Part shown: piece after piece, positions 39,042 through 49,071 of the stretch
Numbering within the stretch: the stretch's first letter is position 1
How the letters are laid out: the number at the start of each line of letters is the position of its first letter
DNA from: Candidatus Dojkabacteria bacterium
GTDB taxonomy: Bacteria; Patescibacteriota; Dojkabacteria; SC72
Length of the DNA stretch: 64,000 nucleotides
Assembly: GCA_050950145.1 (NCBI GenBank)
Contig: JBMNHB010000001.1
Location: 428,820-492,819, forward strand
Reading direction: 5' to 3'
Notes under the pieces: model-generated
Database searches by the model: none
What the model saw: only the letters and a program-made list of their open reading frames with translations
What the model was told of the DNA's origin: nothing
Program-made: the position numbers and the translations under genes

Positions 39042-39752
39042 CTATTTACACTCTACTGTACCTTTGCTACAACTACATAACTGTCCTGACTCGGAATCAC
39101 TAAAAACATCATCCTCACCAAACAACACTCCGTTATATAGACACGCTTCAAGATCTATCTTCTTTCCTTCTTCATTCTTGTAATACACAGAATAACTATC
39201 TTCTTTTTCAACTTCAAATGGTTTTACTATAAATGTATTTGATACTAAACAATTTTGTGTATGTACAGATTCTTCAAAAGCACTCATTGTTGAAAAAGTA
39301 ATTTCCTGTGGACCAGATTCATAATATGCTACCTGACTTGGAGCCACTAAATCCTTACTACACCAAACTTCTCTTTCAATCACCACTTTTAATTCATTAT
39401 CCATCTCCGAAATATCAACTACTTTTACTTTACTAAAATCAGGTTTTGAAGAAACTAGAGTATTTAAGAAGGAATAGGAAAATTCTAAGTTATCTGTTCT
39501 AAAGGAGGAAACAAGTAAAGAATCATCATTTGCATCCTTCTCACAAACCATAATACCATCTTTTGTACAAACACAAGGAGAGTTTGTTTCTTTATCAAGA
39601 ACTGTCTCACCATGAGATACAATCTCCCCATTATATTCACATACATCCGTTTTCGCTGACTCAATAAGTTTGTATACAACAACACCTATTGATAATAGGA
39701 ACAAAAAAACCGTAATTATTAACAACCAATTCGTATTTCTCTTTTTTACCAT
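39042..39752 (-). CDS. Membrane-anchored protein with two small Cys-rich (VWC-like) modules
   Basis: N-terminal TM; CEYNG..CVC..G..VC and CLYNG..CSC..G.VEC. Confidence 0.65.
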   Translation of the reverse strand: MVKKRNTNWLLIITVFLFLLSIGVVVYKLIESAKTDVCEYNGEIVSHGETVLDKETNSPCVCTKDGIMVCEKDANDDSLLVSSFRTDNLEFSYSFLNTLVSSKPDFSKVKVVDISEMDNELKVVIEREVWCSKDLVAPSQVAYYESGPQEITFSTMSAFEESVHTQNCLVSNTFIVKPFEVEKEDSYSVYYKNEEGKKIDLEACLYNGVLFGEDDVFSDSESGQLCSCSKGTVECK

Positions 39753-39810
39753 TGCTGTATGATTTTACCATATAACACCAAGAATTGTGTAGTTTGTGAT
39801 AAAATGAAAT

Positions 39811-40698
39811 ATGCATGACTCACATATTCACATGGCCATGGAGCCATTAAAAAGTAATGTATACGAGATAGTAAAGACTTTTCTTGATGAAGGTGGAAAA
39901 TATATTCTTACTCAAGGAACAGATATTGCAGATTTTAATGACAATTTTGAAGTAGCTAAAGTTGCAAACATGATAAAGGACAATTGTATGCAAGTAGCTA
40001 TTGGTTTACATCCAATATATTTTGAAGAGATTACTCTACAAAGAGGTATAACTGAAGATATATTTGAGAAATCACAGAAAGAGATAGAGAAATTTCTAGA
40101 GATTTTTAACAAAAAGAAGAAAGAGATAAGTGCAATAGGGGAATGTGGTTTAGATTACTATCAATTTACACTAAACCAAACATATACAGAAGACATAAAA
40201 GAGCAACTAAAAGAAATCCAAAAGATTATGTTAAGAAAGGAGATTCAATTAGCGATAGAGAACTCGTTACCACTAAGCATTCATGCAAGAGATCCTATGG
40301 GTGAGCATGAATGTATGAATGATACAATTAGAATAATTGCAGAAGAGGGGAAAGGTTTAGTAAAAGGATCTTTCCATAGTTTTACAGGAACTATTGAACA
40401 GCTACAACAAGTGCTAGATTTAGGTTTCCATGTTGGATTTAATGCAATAATTACATACAAAAGTGGGGAGAATGTAAGAGAAGTTCTAAAAAACACACCA
40501 ATTGAAAGAATACTCTTTGAAACAGATGGACCATTCCTTCCTCCTCAATCTGTAAGGAAGAATAACAAGATAAAGCAGAAGTTTGCACAACCAAAAGATA
40601 TTAGAGAAATAATGCAAGTAGCAACTGAAATCAAAAACATAAGTATGGATGAACTAGAAAGAGTCACTGATGAAAGTTACCAATCTCTCTTTATCTAA
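39811..40698 (+). CDS. TatD-family nuclease
   Basis: DSHIH, GLHP, IGECGLDY, IHAR, HSF and ETDGP. Confidence 0.92.
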   Translation: MHDSHIHMAMEPLKSNVYEIVKTFLDEGGKYILTQGTDIADFNDNFEVAKVANMIKDNCMQVAIGLHPIYFEEITLQRGITEDIFEKSQKEIEKFLEIFNKKKKEISAIGECGLDYYQFTLNQTYTEDIKEQLKEIQKIMLRKEIQLAIENSLPLSIHARDPMGEHECMNDTIRIIAEEGKGLVKGSFHSFTGTIEQLQQVLDLGFHVGFNAIITYKSGENVREVLKNTPIERILFETDGPFLPPQSVRKNNKIKQKFAQPKDIREIMQVATEIKNISMDELERVTDESYQSLFI

Positions 40699-41371
40699 AC
40701 ACACACACAAATTCACCATGTGGATTCTCATCAAATTTTCTTTCTTCTAGTTGTTCTAAAACATCTGATATCTTTCCACTAAAACTTTCTTCTCTCATCT
40801 TTGATATATCTTTTGCTAAATACACATCCATGTCTCTAAACTCATTCAATATTAATCTCAAAAGCCTTGTTAACCTCTGTGGAGATTCATAAATCACAAT
40901 TGTATTTTCTAGATTCACATATTGTTCTAATAGCTTCTTTCTCCTTTCATCACTCTTTGGCAAAAAACCTAAAAATACAAACCTATCTGTTGGTAAACCA
41001 CTAACAGAAAGAGCAGCAATTACAGCAGATGCACCTGGTATTGAAATTACTTCATAACCTTTCTCTCTTAAATCTCTAACCAACTTAAAACCTGGATCAG
41101 AGATTAGGGGAGTACCAGCATCAGAAATCAGTGCTAAATCTAAACCCATATCCAACTTCTCCAAAACCTTACCTATCATCCTCTCATGGTTTTGATCTCT
41201 GTATGAAATCAACTGTGTCTCTATCTCATACCTATCAAGAAGTTTCTTACTCTCTCTTGTATCTTCAGAAAGAACAAATGCAACACTCTTTAATACCTCA
41301 ATTGCTCTAAGAGTCATATCAGATAAATTACCAATTGGTGTAGCAACTATATATAGTTTTCCTTTTTGCAT
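40691..41371 (-). CDS. rsmI: 16S rRNA Cm1402 methyltransferase
   Basis: LYIVATPIGNL, EDTR, SDAGTPLISDPG and YESP. Confidence 0.95.
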   Translation of the reverse strand: MQKGKLYIVATPIGNLSDMTLRAIEVLKSVAFVLSEDTRESKKLLDRYEIETQLISYRDQNHERMIGKVLEKLDMGLDLALISDAGTPLISDPGFKLVRDLREKGYEVISIPGASAVIAALSVSGLPTDRFVFLGFLPKSDERRKKLLEQYVNLENTIVIYESPQRLTRLLRLILNEFRDMDVYLAKDISKMREESFSGKISDVLEQLEERKFDENPHGEFVCVFR

Positions 41372-41374
41372 TTC

Positions 41375-42061
41375 TTAATCTTCTAATTTTAATATCTTCT
41401 CTAAAACTAATTCTTCAGAAATATCCTTTGAATCAAGAGCATCTTTAACATCATACTCTCCAATCTCACTTCTTCTTAATTCTACAGCTGTTGCAAAAGT
41501 ACCAAGACACTTACCTAAATCATCAATCAATGTTCTTACATATGTTCCTGAAGAACACTCTATTTCAAAACTTACAAATGGCCAATCATATTTAACTATT
41601 TCAAAACTATGAATATTTACCAGCTTTGGTTTAATTTCAACTTCTTTCCCTTCTCTTGCTAGTTCATATGCTTTCTTTCCTTTAATCTTTACAGCAGAGT
41701 AGGCTGGTGGTGTTTGCTCTATCTCTCCCAAAAAGTTCTTCCCTATCTCTTTAATTATCTTTTCTTTAGAAATCTTTTCTACATTTTCTGAAATATTAAT
41801 CTTCTCACCTGTACTATCCTGTGTATCTGTTGCATATCCAAATTCTGTTTTAACTAAATATTTTTTCTTCAATTGCAAAATACTAGTCATTCTCTTAGTA
41901 GCTTTTCCTAAAAGAATAATTAGCAGACCAGTAGCAAATGGATCAAGAGTTCCTGCATGACCTATCTTCTGTTTCTTTGGTAAAACTTTCTTTAGTTTTC
42001 TAATCACATCATATGATGTAATATCTCTCTGCTTGTCTATTAGTAAAATTCCGTCTATCAT
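41375..42061 (-). CDS. truB: tRNA pseudouridine-55 synthase
   Basis: GHAGTLDPFATG, PPAYSAVK and CSSGTYVR. Start moved to ATG 42061. Confidence 0.95.
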   Translation of the reverse strand: MIDGILLIDKQRDITSYDVIRKLKKVLPKKQKIGHAGTLDPFATGLLIILLGKATKRMTSILQLKKKYLVKTEFGYATDTQDSTGEKINISENVEKISKEKIIKEIGKNFLGEIEQTPPAYSAVKIKGKKAYELAREGKEVEIKPKLVNIHSFEIVKYDWPFVSFEIECSSGTYVRTLIDDLGKCLGTFATAVELRRSEIGEYDVKDALDSKDISEELVLEKILKLED

Positions 42062-42092
42062 ATATCTAATTATATATGATTCTACTACAAAC

Positions 42093-42626
42093 ATGTTAAA
42101 TGGGATAACAATAGGGATTATAATTACTGCTGTATTATTTTTTGGTGGCATTATTCTAACAGTTTTGATTAATGCTTTACTTGCTCCAACAGTTAAAACT
42201 CCACAAAAGGTAATCTCTGAAATTCTTGACCTTATGAATCTAAAAAAGAAGGATATATTCTTAGATTTAGGTTGTGGAGATGGTAGGGTGGTATTAGAAG
42301 TATATAGATATGCTAAGTGTAAGTGTTTTGGATATGATATTTCACCAATTATGATAATACTTGCTAGAACAAGAAGAATTTTAAGTTTTCCTATGTCAAA
42401 GGATATTGTATTTGATGCTGATAATGTGTTTAGTGTTGATTTGAAAGATATTACAAAGATATATTGTTATCTTGATCAGAAGAGTATGAATGCTTTAAAA
42501 AAGAAATTTACTCCTTTTATTAAGAATGGAGGAGTAGTATATAGTTATAGATATGGTATTAAGGGTATGAAAGGTGAGAGGAAGATTAAACTAAGTAATG
42601 ATGAGTATTTGTATATTTATAGTTAA
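42093..42626 (+). CDS. Membrane-anchored class I SAM-dependent methyltransferase
   Basis: N-terminal TM, APTVKT and DLGCGDGR. Confidence 0.85.
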   Translation: MLNGITIGIIITAVLFFGGIILTVLINALLAPTVKTPQKVISEILDLMNLKKKDIFLDLGCGDGRVVLEVYRYAKCKCFGYDISPIMIILARTRRILSFPMSKDIVFDADNVFSVDLKDITKIYCYLDQKSMNALKKKFTPFIKNGGVVYSYRYGIKGMKGERKIKLSNDEYLYIYS

Positions 42627-42636
42627 AGGATTTTAA

Positions 42637-42692
42637 AGGGGAGTAAAAAAACATAGGTTGAGAGCATTTAGCTACACCAAGTTACTCCCCCT
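42637..42692 (-). terminator. Long hairpin at the 3' end of the small-ORF cassette (possibly bidirectional)
   Basis: GGGGAGTAA (42638-42646) pairs with TTACTCCCC (42682-42690). Confidence 0.7.
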
Positions 42693-42721
42693 CAAGGGTT
42701 CTACTAAAATACAAAACATCT

Positions 42722-42901
42722 TTACTTTATTAGCCCCAACACAAGGGCTAAAAAAACAATAATTAAAATTACGGCACCAAAAGCGCCGTAATTGGCGACT
42801 GATTGAGATTGTTCTTTTGGAACAATCCCTTTTCTGCCTAGGGCTCTTGCCCCGGCATACAATAACAAAAAAATCAATACACTTATCAATAATTTTTCCA
42901 T
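42722..42901 (-). CDS. Unannotated 59-aa two-TM membrane protein
   Basis: MEKLLISVLIFLLLYAGARALGRKGIVPKEQSQSVANYGAFGAVILIIVFLALVLGLIK, preceded by GAGGAG SD; missed by the ORF track. Confidence 0.75.
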   Translation of the reverse strand: MEKLLISVLIFLLLYAGARALGRKGIVPKEQSQSVANYGAFGAVILIIVFLALVLGLIK

Positions 42902-42907
42902 TTTTTA

Positions 42908-43067
42908 TCTCCTCTCTTTTTTTAGTAAAACCCAATATATCCTCTAAAACAGATAGAGAACATATTGGGTTTACCAAACAGAAAAGTATGTAGAACCTTT
43001 TTAAAGAGCAGAAAGTAGCATAATGCATACCCACTTATATTATACTATAAGCCACTCAAAACCTCAA
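42908..43067 (-). promoter_or_regulatory. Leader of the small-ORF cassette: promoter, hairpin, boxA, pairing arm, UTR hairpin, SD
   Basis: TTGAGG (43067-43062), 17 nt, TATAAT (43044-43039); TGCTCTTTAAAAA (43010-42998); GGTTCTAC arm (42997-42990); hairpin 42925-42974. Confidence 0.72.
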
Positions 43068-43068
43068 C

Positions 43069-43274
43069 AGGTCTGACCTAGGTCTGCCCCCAGTTAAGAA
43101 AAATTTAATCTCAAGGATTATGCACTTCACAAAAGGTCTCATAACCCTCGGCATTGGTAGTATATACGAGTTACAAGTACAGACACAGGGACAGACACCT
43201 CAAAAGGGTATATCAGAAACAAAGATTTGAGCCTTCAAAAAGTTATGAACGAAGGTCAGACCTAGGTCAGGCCT
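43069..43274. repeat. REPIN/MITE-like element B (about 206 bp)
   Basis: AGGTCTGACCTAGGTCTGCCCC (43069-43090) and AGGTCAGACCTAGGTCAGGCCT (43253-43274). Shares subterminal TTCATAACTTTTT with element A in the opposite orientation. Confidence 0.65.
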
Positions 43275-43291
43275 ATGTAGTATAATCAGGT

Positions 43292-44497
43292 ATGAGTAAC
43301 GAACCACTAGCATCAAAGTATAGACCTAAAACTCTTGAAGAGTTTGTAGGACAAGAACACCTAGTAGGAAAGAACGGTCCAATAAGGAAGTTTTTGGAAA
43401 CAGGAAATATCCCATCTATGATATTCTGGGGTCCACCAGGTACAGGTAAAACAACCTTAGCATACATCCTTTCTTTAAATCTCTACTATGATTTTCACAA
43501 AATGCAGGCTGTAAATAGTGGAAAGGAACATCTAAGGAAAATTATTAAAATAGCAATCGGTAATCAACAGTATGGTAAGAAAACAATCCTCTTTCTAGAT
43601 GAAATACACAGATGGAACAAAGCACAACAAGACACACTCTTACCATATGTAGAGAAAGGAATCATTACACTAATTGGTGCAACTACAGAAAACCCATCAT
43701 TTACTGTAATATCTGCACTTCTTTCTAGAACAAAAGTATTTGTATTCAAACAACAAACAGAAGAAGATATATACAGTCTCCTAAAGCGAATATCAAAAGA
43801 AGAATATCCTGATATTAAAATATCAAAGAAAGTATTAAAACAGATGGCTAATCTCTCAAATGGAGATATTAGATCTGCACTAAATATACTGGAAATGAGT
43901 TCTACACTAGCAAATGCAACAGATGGAGAGAAGAAAGAGATAACTACAGACATATTAACAACAACAGTACAAAAGCCAGTATATTATGACAAAACAGGGG
44001 AAGAACACTACAACATTATCTCCGCCATACACAAATCAATGAGGTCATCTAATCCTGATGCTGCTTGTTACTGGACAGGAAGGATGTTAGCAGGAGGAGA
44101 AGACCCACTGTACATCGCAAGAAGAATGCTAAGGTTTGCAAGTGAAGATATCGGTAATGCAGACCCACAAGCTGTCATATTAGCCAATGCAGTATATGAG
44201 GCTTGTCAGAAGATTGGTATGCCTGAGTGTGAAGTATTCCTTATGCAATTAGCAATATATCTCTCCAATGCACCTAAAGATAATACAGCATACAGAGTAG
44301 AGGGTGAGGTAAAGATGGATATTGAGAAGTATGGTAATCTTCCAGTACCCATGAATATACGAAATGCCCCTACAAAATTAATGAAAGAAATAGGGTATGG
44401 TAAAGGCTATGAATATGACCATGACTTACCAAGTAAGAAGTCAGATCAACAATGTATGCCAGATAAATTAAAGAACAGGAAATATATTAAGAAATAG
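43292..44497 (+). CDS. rarA: Replication-associated recombination protein RarA/MgsA
   Basis: PLASKYRP, WGPPGTGKTT, DEIHR, GATTENP and SEDIGNAD. Confidence 0.95.
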   Translation: MSNEPLASKYRPKTLEEFVGQEHLVGKNGPIRKFLETGNIPSMIFWGPPGTGKTTLAYILSLNLYYDFHKMQAVNSGKEHLRKIIKIAIGNQQYGKKTILFLDEIHRWNKAQQDTLLPYVEKGIITLIGATTENPSFTVISALLSRTKVFVFKQQTEEDIYSLLKRISKEEYPDIKISKKVLKQMANLSNGDIRSALNILEMSSTLANATDGEKKEITTDILTTTVQKPVYYDKTGEEHYNIISAIHKSMRSSNPDAACYWTGRMLAGGEDPLYIARRMLRFASEDIGNADPQAVILANAVYEACQKIGMPECEVFLMQLAIYLSNAPKDNTAYRVEGEVKMDIEKYGNLPVPMNIRNAPTKLMKEIGYGKGYEYDHDLPSKKSDQQCMPDKLKNRKYIKK

Positions 44498-44586
44498 GAA
44501 TGTTTATTGCATCATCAATCTTTTAATTGTATAATTCTCATATAAACTCCCCAACATATATTATTTTGATGATCTAATAATATAAT

Positions 44587-46164
44587 ATGGAAGTTCCGGA
44601 GTTTGAACAAGAAAAAAACACCCCTTACTATAAAGATGAAGAGATTCTAGCTTCCACTGAAAAGAATGTTGACCCTCAAAAGATATATTATAATATACTT
44701 TCTCAGATTTCAGAGAAGATAGATTCAATAGAAACTCACATTAAGAAAGTATCAGTATTTCCGAAGGATAAGGATGATAATGATAATACTGATTATAATT
44801 TGGAAGGTTTTAGAGATGATGAAGAAGTAGTTAGTATTGCTATTGAAAATAACGGTTATGCTTTAAAGTTTGCTTCTGAGAGAATAAGGAGTATAAAAAG
44901 AGTCGTAACAAAAGCAGTTGAAAACTATGGCTATGCTTTAAGATATGTTTCTAACAAACTAAAAGCTGATAAAGATACTGTCTTTGCTGCAGTTGAAAGT
45001 ATTGGTAAAGCATTAAAATTCGCCTCAGGAGAACTACAAGATGATAAAGATATTGTCTTAGCAGCAGTTAAAAAGGATGGTTTAGCTTTAGAATTTGCTT
45101 CAAAAGATTTCCATGACGATGAGGAAGTCGTTACTACTGCTATTAATAATAATGGTTATGCTTTAAAGTTTGCTTCAGAAAGATTAAGAAATAACAGAGA
45201 AATAGTTCTAAAGGCTGTTAGAAGTAATGGCTATGCTTTAAAGTTTGCTTCAGAAGAACTACAAAACGATAAATATGTTGTCCTAACAGCAGTTGAAAGA
45301 AATAATGAAGCTTTAAGATTTGCTTCAAAAGAATTACAAGCTGACAAAGATATTATCCTAGCTGCAGTTAAAAATGATGGCTTTGTTTTAGAATTTGCTT
45401 CAAAAGAATTACAAGCTGATAAAGATGTTGTTTTAATAGCAGTTAGAAATGATGGTTATGCTTTAAGATTTGCTTCAGAAGAACTACAAAACAATAGAAA
45501 TGTTGTCCTAACAACAGTTGGAAAGAATGGTTTAGCTTTAGAGTTTGCTTCAGAAGAACTACAAAATGACAAAGATGTTGTTCTGACAGCAGTTAAAAAT
45601 GATGGTTATGCACTATATTATGCTTCGGAAGAACTGCAAAATGACAAAGATGTTGTCCTTGTAGCAGTTGGAAAAGATGGTGAAGCTTTAGAGTTTGCTT
45701 CAAAGAGACTTCGTAATGATGAAGATGTAGTTATGAGAGCTATTGAGAATAACGGTAATGCTTTAAGATTTGCTTCAGAGAGATTGAGAAATAATAAAGA
45801 GATAACTCTAAAGGCTGTTAGAAAATATGGTCCTGTTTTAGCATATCTTTCCGAACAATTAAGAGATGATAAAGAGATTGTCATGGAAGCAATTAAAAGC
45901 TATGGCTATGTTCTACACTTTGCCTCAGAGCGACTAAGAAATAATAGAGAGATAGCTCTAAGTGCGGTTAAGAGGGATGCTAGAAACTTCAGAAATCTTT
46001 CAGCAGAGTTTAGAAATGACAGAGAATTAGCTATAATTGCAGTTAAAGGCGATGCAATGAATCTAGAATTTGTTTCGGATAAACTAAAACATGACAGGCT
46101 AATAGTCATAGCAGCAGTCAACAATAATGGTTATACATTAAAGTTTACTCCCACATTATTCTAA
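44587..46164 (+). CDS. DUF4116-like tandem helical repeat protein
   Basis: Many 25-aa repeats of type DGYALxFASEELQNDKDVVLxAV. Confidence 0.85.
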   Translation: MEVPEFEQEKNTPYYKDEEILASTEKNVDPQKIYYNILSQISEKIDSIETHIKKVSVFPKDKDDNDNTDYNLEGFRDDEEVVSIAIENNGYALKFASERIRSIKRVVTKAVENYGYALRYVSNKLKADKDTVFAAVESIGKALKFASGELQDDKDIVLAAVKKDGLALEFASKDFHDDEEVVTTAINNNGYALKFASERLRNNREIVLKAVRSNGYALKFASEELQNDKYVVLTAVERNNEALRFASKELQADKDIILAAVKNDGFVLEFASKELQADKDVVLIAVRNDGYALRFASEELQNNRNVVLTTVGKNGLALEFASEELQNDKDVVLTAVKNDGYALYYASEELQNDKDVVLVAVGKDGEALEFASKRLRNDEDVVMRAIENNGNALRFASERLRNNKEITLKAVRKYGPVLAYLSEQLRDDKEIVMEAIKSYGYVLHFASERLRNNREIALSAVKRDARNFRNLSAEFRNDRELAIIAVKGDAMNLEFVSDKLKHDRLIVIAAVNNNGYTLKFTPTLF

Positions 46165-46294
46165 AAATATCCAGAGAACTGAAAGATACTACAATTTTAC
46201 TAAGAATCTCATTAAAACTAATGAAGATAGAATTCACACAATTAGTAGTTAAGAACATATAGCTAAATCCACCAAATACATATATAATCAAGAT

Positions 46295-47524
46295 ATGAAA
46301 GTTAAAAAAGATTTAGAAATAATTGAAAGGATACTAAACAAAGGAGTAGAACAAATACTCCCTTCAAAAGAAGCTCTCAAAGAAAAGCTTCTCTCAGGTA
46401 AAAGATTAACAATATACCAAGGCTTTGATCCAACAGCACCAACTCTACACATTGGTCACACAGTTGGAATGAGAAAGCTAGAAGATTTTAGGAAACTAGG
46501 ACACAAAGTAATCTTCCTCATTGGTGACTTTACAGCAAGAATAGGGGACCCATCAGATAAAAAGGATGCAAGAGCATCTGCAAGAAAAGTGTTAACCAAA
46601 GAACAGATTGCAGACAATCTAAAAAACTATGTAGAACAAGCATCACACATCATTGATATAGACAACAAAGAGAATCCTGTTGAGATTAAGTACAACAGTG
46701 AATGGCTTGATAAATTAACCTTTGCAGAAATAATTGAATTAGCATCAGAATTCACAGTACAACAAATGCTAAAGAGAAGTATGTTCCAAGAAAGATTAAA
46801 AGAAGACAAACCAATATACCTAAACGAATTCCTCTATCCACTAATGCAAGGATATGACTCTGTCATGATGGAAGTTGATGTAGAGGTAGGTGGAAATGAC
46901 CAACTCTTTAATATGTTAGCAGGAAGAGACATGGTATTTAACCACTTAAACAAAGAAAAAATAGTCGTTGCAGGAAAACTCTTAGAAGCAGCAGGTGGAG
47001 AAAAAATGGGTAAATCTGAGGGTAATATGGTAAGACTAGACGATAGTGCAGAAGACATCTACGGAAAAATCATGTCTTTTGATGATGAAAAGATATTAAT
47101 CGGTTTTGAGATTCTTACAAACGCAACACTTCCTGAATACGAAGAATACAAAAAGAGATTAGAAAGTGGTGAAAACCCCATGATTCTTAAAAAAGAACTA
47201 GCATACAGAGTTACAAAAGAATTAAAAACAGAAGAGAAGGCAGAAAATGCACAAAAGGTTTTTGAATCTGTATTTCAAAAGAAAGATGTTGAAGGAGAAA
47301 TACCAACAATACAAATCAAAGAAAACAAACTACCTCTAAATGACTTACTTGTACAAATTGATTTTGCAAAAAGCAAAAGTGATGCAAAAAGATTAGTAGA
47401 ACAAGGAGCAGTAAAAATTAACGATGAGAAAAAGACTACCTACAACGAAGAGATAACTATCACAGACTCTCCTCTAACCCTTAAGGTAGGTAAGCATATT
47501 ACAAATATAACAATTCAAAAATAA
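46295..47524 (+). CDS. tyrS: Tyrosine--tRNA ligase
   Basis: GFDPTAPTLHIGH, YPLMQGYD, KMGKS and C-terminal S4 domain. Confidence 0.97.
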   Translation: MKVKKDLEIIERILNKGVEQILPSKEALKEKLLSGKRLTIYQGFDPTAPTLHIGHTVGMRKLEDFRKLGHKVIFLIGDFTARIGDPSDKKDARASARKVLTKEQIADNLKNYVEQASHIIDIDNKENPVEIKYNSEWLDKLTFAEIIELASEFTVQQMLKRSMFQERLKEDKPIYLNEFLYPLMQGYDSVMMEVDVEVGGNDQLFNMLAGRDMVFNHLNKEKIVVAGKLLEAAGGEKMGKSEGNMVRLDDSAEDIYGKIMSFDDEKILIGFEILTNATLPEYEEYKKRLESGENPMILKKELAYRVTKELKTEEKAENAQKVFESVFQKKDVEGEIPTIQIKENKLPLNDLLVQIDFAKSKSDAKRLVEQGAVKINDEKKTTYNEEITITDSPLTLKVGKHITNITIQK

Positions 47525-48987
47525 TGGAAACAGAAGCACCAACAGGTGTACTAAAAAACAGGATATACTCCCTTGTACCTAAATCCTTCACTGGAGACTT
47601 AAAGAAAGCTATTGCTTACGCAGAAGAGAAATACAAGAACTCATACAGGTACAACAATGAACCGATGATTAATCACACACTCAGAATTGCCATATCACTT
47701 CTAGAAGAAGGGTTAGACCTAAACACTACATTTGCCACACTCTTCCATGAAATGACATTAGATGAAAAAACAAGAAAAGAAATTACTAAAGAGTTTGGAG
47801 TAGATGTATTAAATATACTTGATGGTATTACAAAGATTAGAAGGGGAACTAATAGTGAAGATACAAATCCTGAGATAATCATTAAATATATCTTAAACAG
47901 TTCAAAAGACCTCAGACCAGTCTACCTAAAAATATATGACACCTTACACGATGTCCTTTCATTTGATGAAATCCCCGAAAACGAGAAAAAAAGTAAGCTT
48001 TACAAAGCAATTAACATATATGCAAAACTTGCAGAATACCTTCATTTAGAAAAACTAAGAGCTCAACTAGAAGAAATATCATTTAAGTATTATCTACCTC
48101 TTGAATATCAAAGTATTACAAACAAGATGGGCATATTAGGTATATCCCCTGAGTTACAAAAGAGATATGAGGAAGTTATTAAAGAGTGCATAAAGGAATC
48201 CAAGGTAAAACCAGAGATACAGGGTAGAATTAAAAATAAGTACAGTATTTACAAGAAGTTAAAGAAATATGAAAAGGAATGGATTGATCCAAATATTAGA
48301 AGATTAGATGATTTAATTGCTTTTAGAATTATGGCTTCCAATGAAGACTCTTGCTATCTAGTCATTGAGAAACTAATGGATAAAGGAGAGATAAATGAAG
48401 AGAGATATGATGACTACATATCCAATCCAAAACCAAATGGATACAGGGCTGTACAATTTCCAATTAGATTCCCTGAGATTTCGGATATGTTTGTAGAAAT
48501 ACAGATTCTTACAGAAGAGATGTATTACGAAAATACTTTTGGTAAAGCCTCCCACATTGCATACAAAGCTAGTAAATCTAGATTTGCTAAACCTACTAAC
48601 AAATACGATTGGGTTAAAGATATACAAGATGAGATTACTCAAAGCAGAAAAGAGACAAGAACTACAAAGAGTTACCCAATTAAATGTAACATCTTTGAAG
48701 ATGAGGTTTTTCCTTTTACTCCTAAAGGTAAAATTATTCCATTAAACAAAGGAGATACTGTCTTAGATTTTGCTTTCAAGTTACATACTGATATTGGAAA
48801 TAGTATGGAATCAGCAAAGGTTAATGGTAAACCTGCAAAGTTAGGACAAGAGTTAGAAACAGGAGATGTAGTTGAGATAAGGGTGGATAAAAACAAGACA
48901 CATCAGAAAGATGCAACTTTGGAATATGCCAATTCTCCTACAACTAAGAACAAAATTAGAAAGAATTTGAAAATAGGGGTTAAATAA
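47524..48987 (+). CDS. Short RelA/SpoT homolog (HD-like, synthetase, TGS; no ACT)
   Basis: GRIKNKYSIYKK, DLIAFRI, PKPNGY, EIQI and TGS FTPKG...DFAFKLHT. Confidence 0.88.
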   Translation: METEAPTGVLKNRIYSLVPKSFTGDLKKAIAYAEEKYKNSYRYNNEPMINHTLRIAISLLEEGLDLNTTFATLFHEMTLDEKTRKEITKEFGVDVLNILDGITKIRRGTNSEDTNPEIIIKYILNSSKDLRPVYLKIYDTLHDVLSFDEIPENEKKSKLYKAINIYAKLAEYLHLEKLRAQLEEISFKYYLPLEYQSITNKMGILGISPELQKRYEEVIKECIKESKVKPEIQGRIKNKYSIYKKLKKYEKEWIDPNIRRLDDLIAFRIMASNEDSCYLVIEKLMDKGEINEERYDDYISNPKPNGYRAVQFPIRFPEISDMFVEIQILTEEMYYENTFGKASHIAYKASKSRFAKPTNKYDWVKDIQDEITQSRKETRTTKSYPIKCNIFEDEVFPFTPKGKIIPLNKGDTVLDFAFKLHTDIGNSMESAKVNGKPAKLGQELETGDVVEIRVDKNKTHQKDATLEYANSPTTKNKIRKNLKIGVK

Positions 48988-48994
48988 AGAAATA

Positions 48995-49049
48995 GAAGGG
49001 TTGTGTGATTTTCAATACTAATGTAGAGAAGATCCACACAACCCTTTCT
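48995..49049. terminator. Long hairpin between the convergent rel and SPFH genes
   Basis: AAGGGTTGTGTG pairs with CACACAACCCTT around a large loop. Confidence 0.75.
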
Positions 49050-49071
49050 TTTAACTTACTTCAAATCAATT

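Noticed and set aside
42672-43034. 120-aa minus-strand ORF from the track
   Set aside because: It has a GTG start at the predicted TSS and an implausible sequence; the SD-led 59-aa ORF in another frame explains the region better.
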